A stretch of 64,000 nt of DNA, from positions 138,050-202,049 of the forward strand of contig CAYNRJ010000001.1 in the NCBI GenBank assembly GCA_964399865.1. Direction: 5' to 3'. The notes below the pieces were generated by a model. It was not told the origin of the DNA, did not search any database, and saw only the letters and a program-made list of their open reading frames with translations. Shown here piece after piece: positions 61,745-64,000 of this stretch (position 1 is the first letter of the stretch; every line of letters starts with the position of its first letter). This DNA comes from an uncultured Candidatus Saccharibacteria bacterium (GTDB lineage Bacteria > Patescibacteriota > Minisyncoccia > Phycocordibacterales > UBA2100). A program made the translations under genes and the position numbers.

Positions 61745-62188
61745 TTAGATAACTCCTATCTCTCCGAGCTTCTCAGCGATCGAATCGGCCTGTTTCTCGA
61801 TTCGTGCTTTGTAGCTCTTCCAGGCAGCTGCATCCCATATCTCGACCCGATTGGACACACCAGCAAAAACGATCGAACGCTTGAGCGATGCGAACACTTT
61901 GTGGTGATCCGAAATAAGAATGCGGCCAGCACTGTCTGGCTCTAATTCGACCGCGCTTGAAAAAAGAAATCGACTGAAATCGCGAGTGTCTGCTTTCGTG
62001 TAAGACACATCACGTAGATTCTCTATCGCTTTCTCCCATCCTTCGCGTGGAAACACGAACAAACAATTATCCAAGCCATGCGTCAGGATCATCTTTTTTC
62101 CAAGTGAATCTCTGAATGCTTTCGGCAAAGAAACTCGCTTCTTTTCGTCGAGCGTGTGTTCGTATTCCCCAATGAATATACCTGCCAT
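61745..62188 (-). CDS. mraZ: Transcriptional regulator MraZ
   Basis: F.GEY.HTLD.K.R..LP, DSAGRIL, RVEIW. Confidence 0.97.
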   Translation of the reverse strand: MAGIFIGEYEHTLDEKKRVSLPKAFRDSLGKKMILTHGLDNCLFVFPREGWEKAIENLRDVSYTKADTRDFSRFLFSSAVELEPDSAGRILISDHHKVFASLKRSIVFAGVSNRVEIWDAAAWKSYKARIEKQADSIAEKLGEIGVI

Positions 62189-62257
62189 AGTTTCCCACTC
62201 TATCCCACTGGAATAAAGTATATACCACTATACCCCACCACAAGACAGTTATCCACA
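62189..62257 (-). promoter_or_regulatory. MraZ-type GTGG repeats and a DnaA box
   Basis: On -: GTGGGGTATA-GTGGTATATA and GTGGGATAGA-GTGGGAAACT (10-nt period); TTATCCACA at 62249-62257. Confidence 0.7.
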
Positions 62258-62332
62258 CGAAAAATGGTTGATAACGTGGGAGCGCGTCTGGAACGGAAAA
62301 AACACAAAGAATGTGCTAAAATCTGCCTTACT

Positions 62333-63922
62333 ATGCCTCGGATCTTCAAGACCGCTGACGCAGAAACACTGGATGGAATAGCGGAGGAGATGCGAGTTCG
62401 GGAGACCAAGCATTTCGTTCTCTTATTCTCGATGGGAAGTCAGTTTGACCACCTCATCGTTCAGCAGTTGGCGAAACTCGGCGTCTATTGCATCGTCGCC
62501 GACCCAGCAGAGGTAAAGGCTGCAGATGTGAAGAAGGCAAACCCTTCAGGCATCATCGTCTCCGGCGGTCCCGCTTCTGTCTTTAATGAGCCGCCGCCCT
62601 TTGATGGAAAGATCTTTGATCTCGGTATCCCAACACTAGGCGTTTGTCTTGGATTCCAGATGTGGGCAAAGCATGTCGGTGCAAAAGTAACTCCACAGAA
62701 GAAACGTGAGTTCGGCGTTCATACCTTTTCTATTACAAAAGACAATCCTCTTTTTGATGGCATCTCAAAACAGACTGAGGTATTAGAGAGCCACGGAGAC
62801 GCGATCGAGCCGAGTGCAAACATAGAGGTACTTGGAACGACAGACAATGCTCCGGTCGCAGCCGGTAATTCTGGTCACCTTTGGGGAGTGCAGTTCCATC
62901 CCGAAGTAACTGACACGGTAGAGGGTGCAAAATTGTATGATAATTTCTGCGGAAAGATCTGCGGAATCACAGACCGATTCCCTGCAGAGAATGTCGCGAA
63001 AAAGAGAGTTGCTGAGCTAAAAGAGAAAGTTGGTGGAAAAAAAGTGCTTATCGCTCTGTCAGGCGGTTCGGATTCGTCGGTCGTCGCCTACTTATTGAAA
63101 GATGCAGGCGCAGAACTGAAGGGTGTGTATATTCGTGGTATAGATCGCCCAGACGATGAAGCGTACGTGCAGAAATACTTTGGCTCACAGAATTGGATCG
63201 ACGTAGAAGTGGTTGACGCTACTGCCCTGTTCCTGGACGCACTTCGTGGCAAAACTGCGATGCGCGAAAAGCGTCTCGCAATGCGAGGTGTCTACAAAGA
63301 TGTGCTTGAAGAGAAGATAAAAGAATTCGGCGCAGATTTTATTGCACAAGGTACGCTCTACACCGACCTTCGAGAAAGCGGCCACGGGCACGCTACTGGC
63401 GCACGCGTTGCTGAGATCAAAGTACACCACAACACGGGTATTGAATTCTCCGTGCCAGAGGTTCGTCCTCTTGAGGATCAAGTGAAAGATTCAGCTCGAT
63501 CAATCGGTCGTGAGCTTGGTGTTCCCGAAGACCTTATCGTTCGTCACCCATTCCCTGGCCCAGGACTTGTCGTACGCATCGAAGGAGAGGTTACAGCAGA
63601 GAAGCTTCACACGGCACGCGCGATTGATGGCATATATATAGAAGAGCTTCGAGCCGCACACCTGTACGAATCTGTCTGGCAAGCTGGAGCTGTCGTTACC
63701 CTTTCCGAACACACGGTCTCTAAAGGAGATGATGCTGGATTAGGCCACGTCGTCGCCCTGTGGGCAGTTTGGAGCGTAAATGGCTTTACCGCACGCTTCG
63801 CACAGCTACCCTACGACTTTCTAGACAAAGTCTCCCGCCGCATAACAAATGAAGTTCGCGAGGTCGGCTCTGTCGTCTATCGAATCTCTGATAAGCCACC
63901 GACTACAATTGAATGGGGATGA
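62333..63922 (+). CDS. guaA: GMP synthase (glutamine-hydrolysing)
   Basis: SGGPASV, GVCLG.Q, QFHPEV, SGGSDS, QGTLY.D, RHPFPGPGL, KPP.TIEW. Confidence 0.97.
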   Translation: MPRIFKTADAETLDGIAEEMRVRETKHFVLLFSMGSQFDHLIVQQLAKLGVYCIVADPAEVKAADVKKANPSGIIVSGGPASVFNEPPPFDGKIFDLGIPTLGVCLGFQMWAKHVGAKVTPQKKREFGVHTFSITKDNPLFDGISKQTEVLESHGDAIEPSANIEVLGTTDNAPVAAGNSGHLWGVQFHPEVTDTVEGAKLYDNFCGKICGITDRFPAENVAKKRVAELKEKVGGKKVLIALSGGSDSSVVAYLLKDAGAELKGVYIRGIDRPDDEAYVQKYFGSQNWIDVEVVDATALFLDALRGKTAMREKRLAMRGVYKDVLEEKIKEFGADFIAQGTLYTDLRESGHGHATGARVAEIKVHHNTGIEFSVPEVRPLEDQVKDSARSIGRELGVPEDLIVRHPFPGPGLVVRIEGEVTAEKLHTARAIDGIYIEELRAAHLYESVWQAGAVVTLSEHTVSKGDDAGLGHVVALWAVWSVNGFTARFAQLPYDFLDKVSRRITNEVREVGSVVYRISDKPPTTIEWG

Positions 63923-64000
63923 ACCGTGCGGGGCACGATTCATCTGGCGTTGAATCCAAACTTTTCTTGTTGATATAACGGGAGCGTTGCTACCGTTGAA

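Overview
This is a compact bacterial chromosome segment (standard code) whose gene content points to Patescibacteria/CPR, probably Parcubacteria. Supporting signs are the short archaeal-type AspRS, LeuRS with a NUDIX insertion, truncated ATP-synthase epsilon, a CPDG-type Cys-motif membrane protein and mostly leaderless promoters. 1-20.8 kb is entirely + strand: dnaK/dnaJ, a signalling-like cluster, trpS, aspS, scpAB, a D,D-peptidase, mraY-ftsW-murG, gltX and an M23 peptidase. 21.5-26.8 kb is a variable region of short orphan genes, most with their own promoter and terminator, plus structured non-coding stretches. The rest is mostly - strand: rplI, ctpA, leuS, ychF, a secreted lysozyme-like protein, an F1Fo operon with two inserted genes, ahcY/adenosine kinase, lexA-dinB with an SOS box, tRNA-Glu and mraZ-rsmH-ftsL-ftsI; rpmA, cysS and guaA are on +. 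The best candidate for an undescribed system is 5544-9671: an unannotated 31-aa peptide ORF ending QKWGA, then a DUF2156/GNAT-like transferase, an EamA exporter, a 10-Cys membrane-anchored protein and a multi-TM histidine kinase, a layout resembling peptide quorum sensing. Other highlights are an ArsR gene flanked by a directly repeated palindrome and cassette-like orphan genes with shared regulatory parts. All calls come from motif recognition by eye; no database searches were run.
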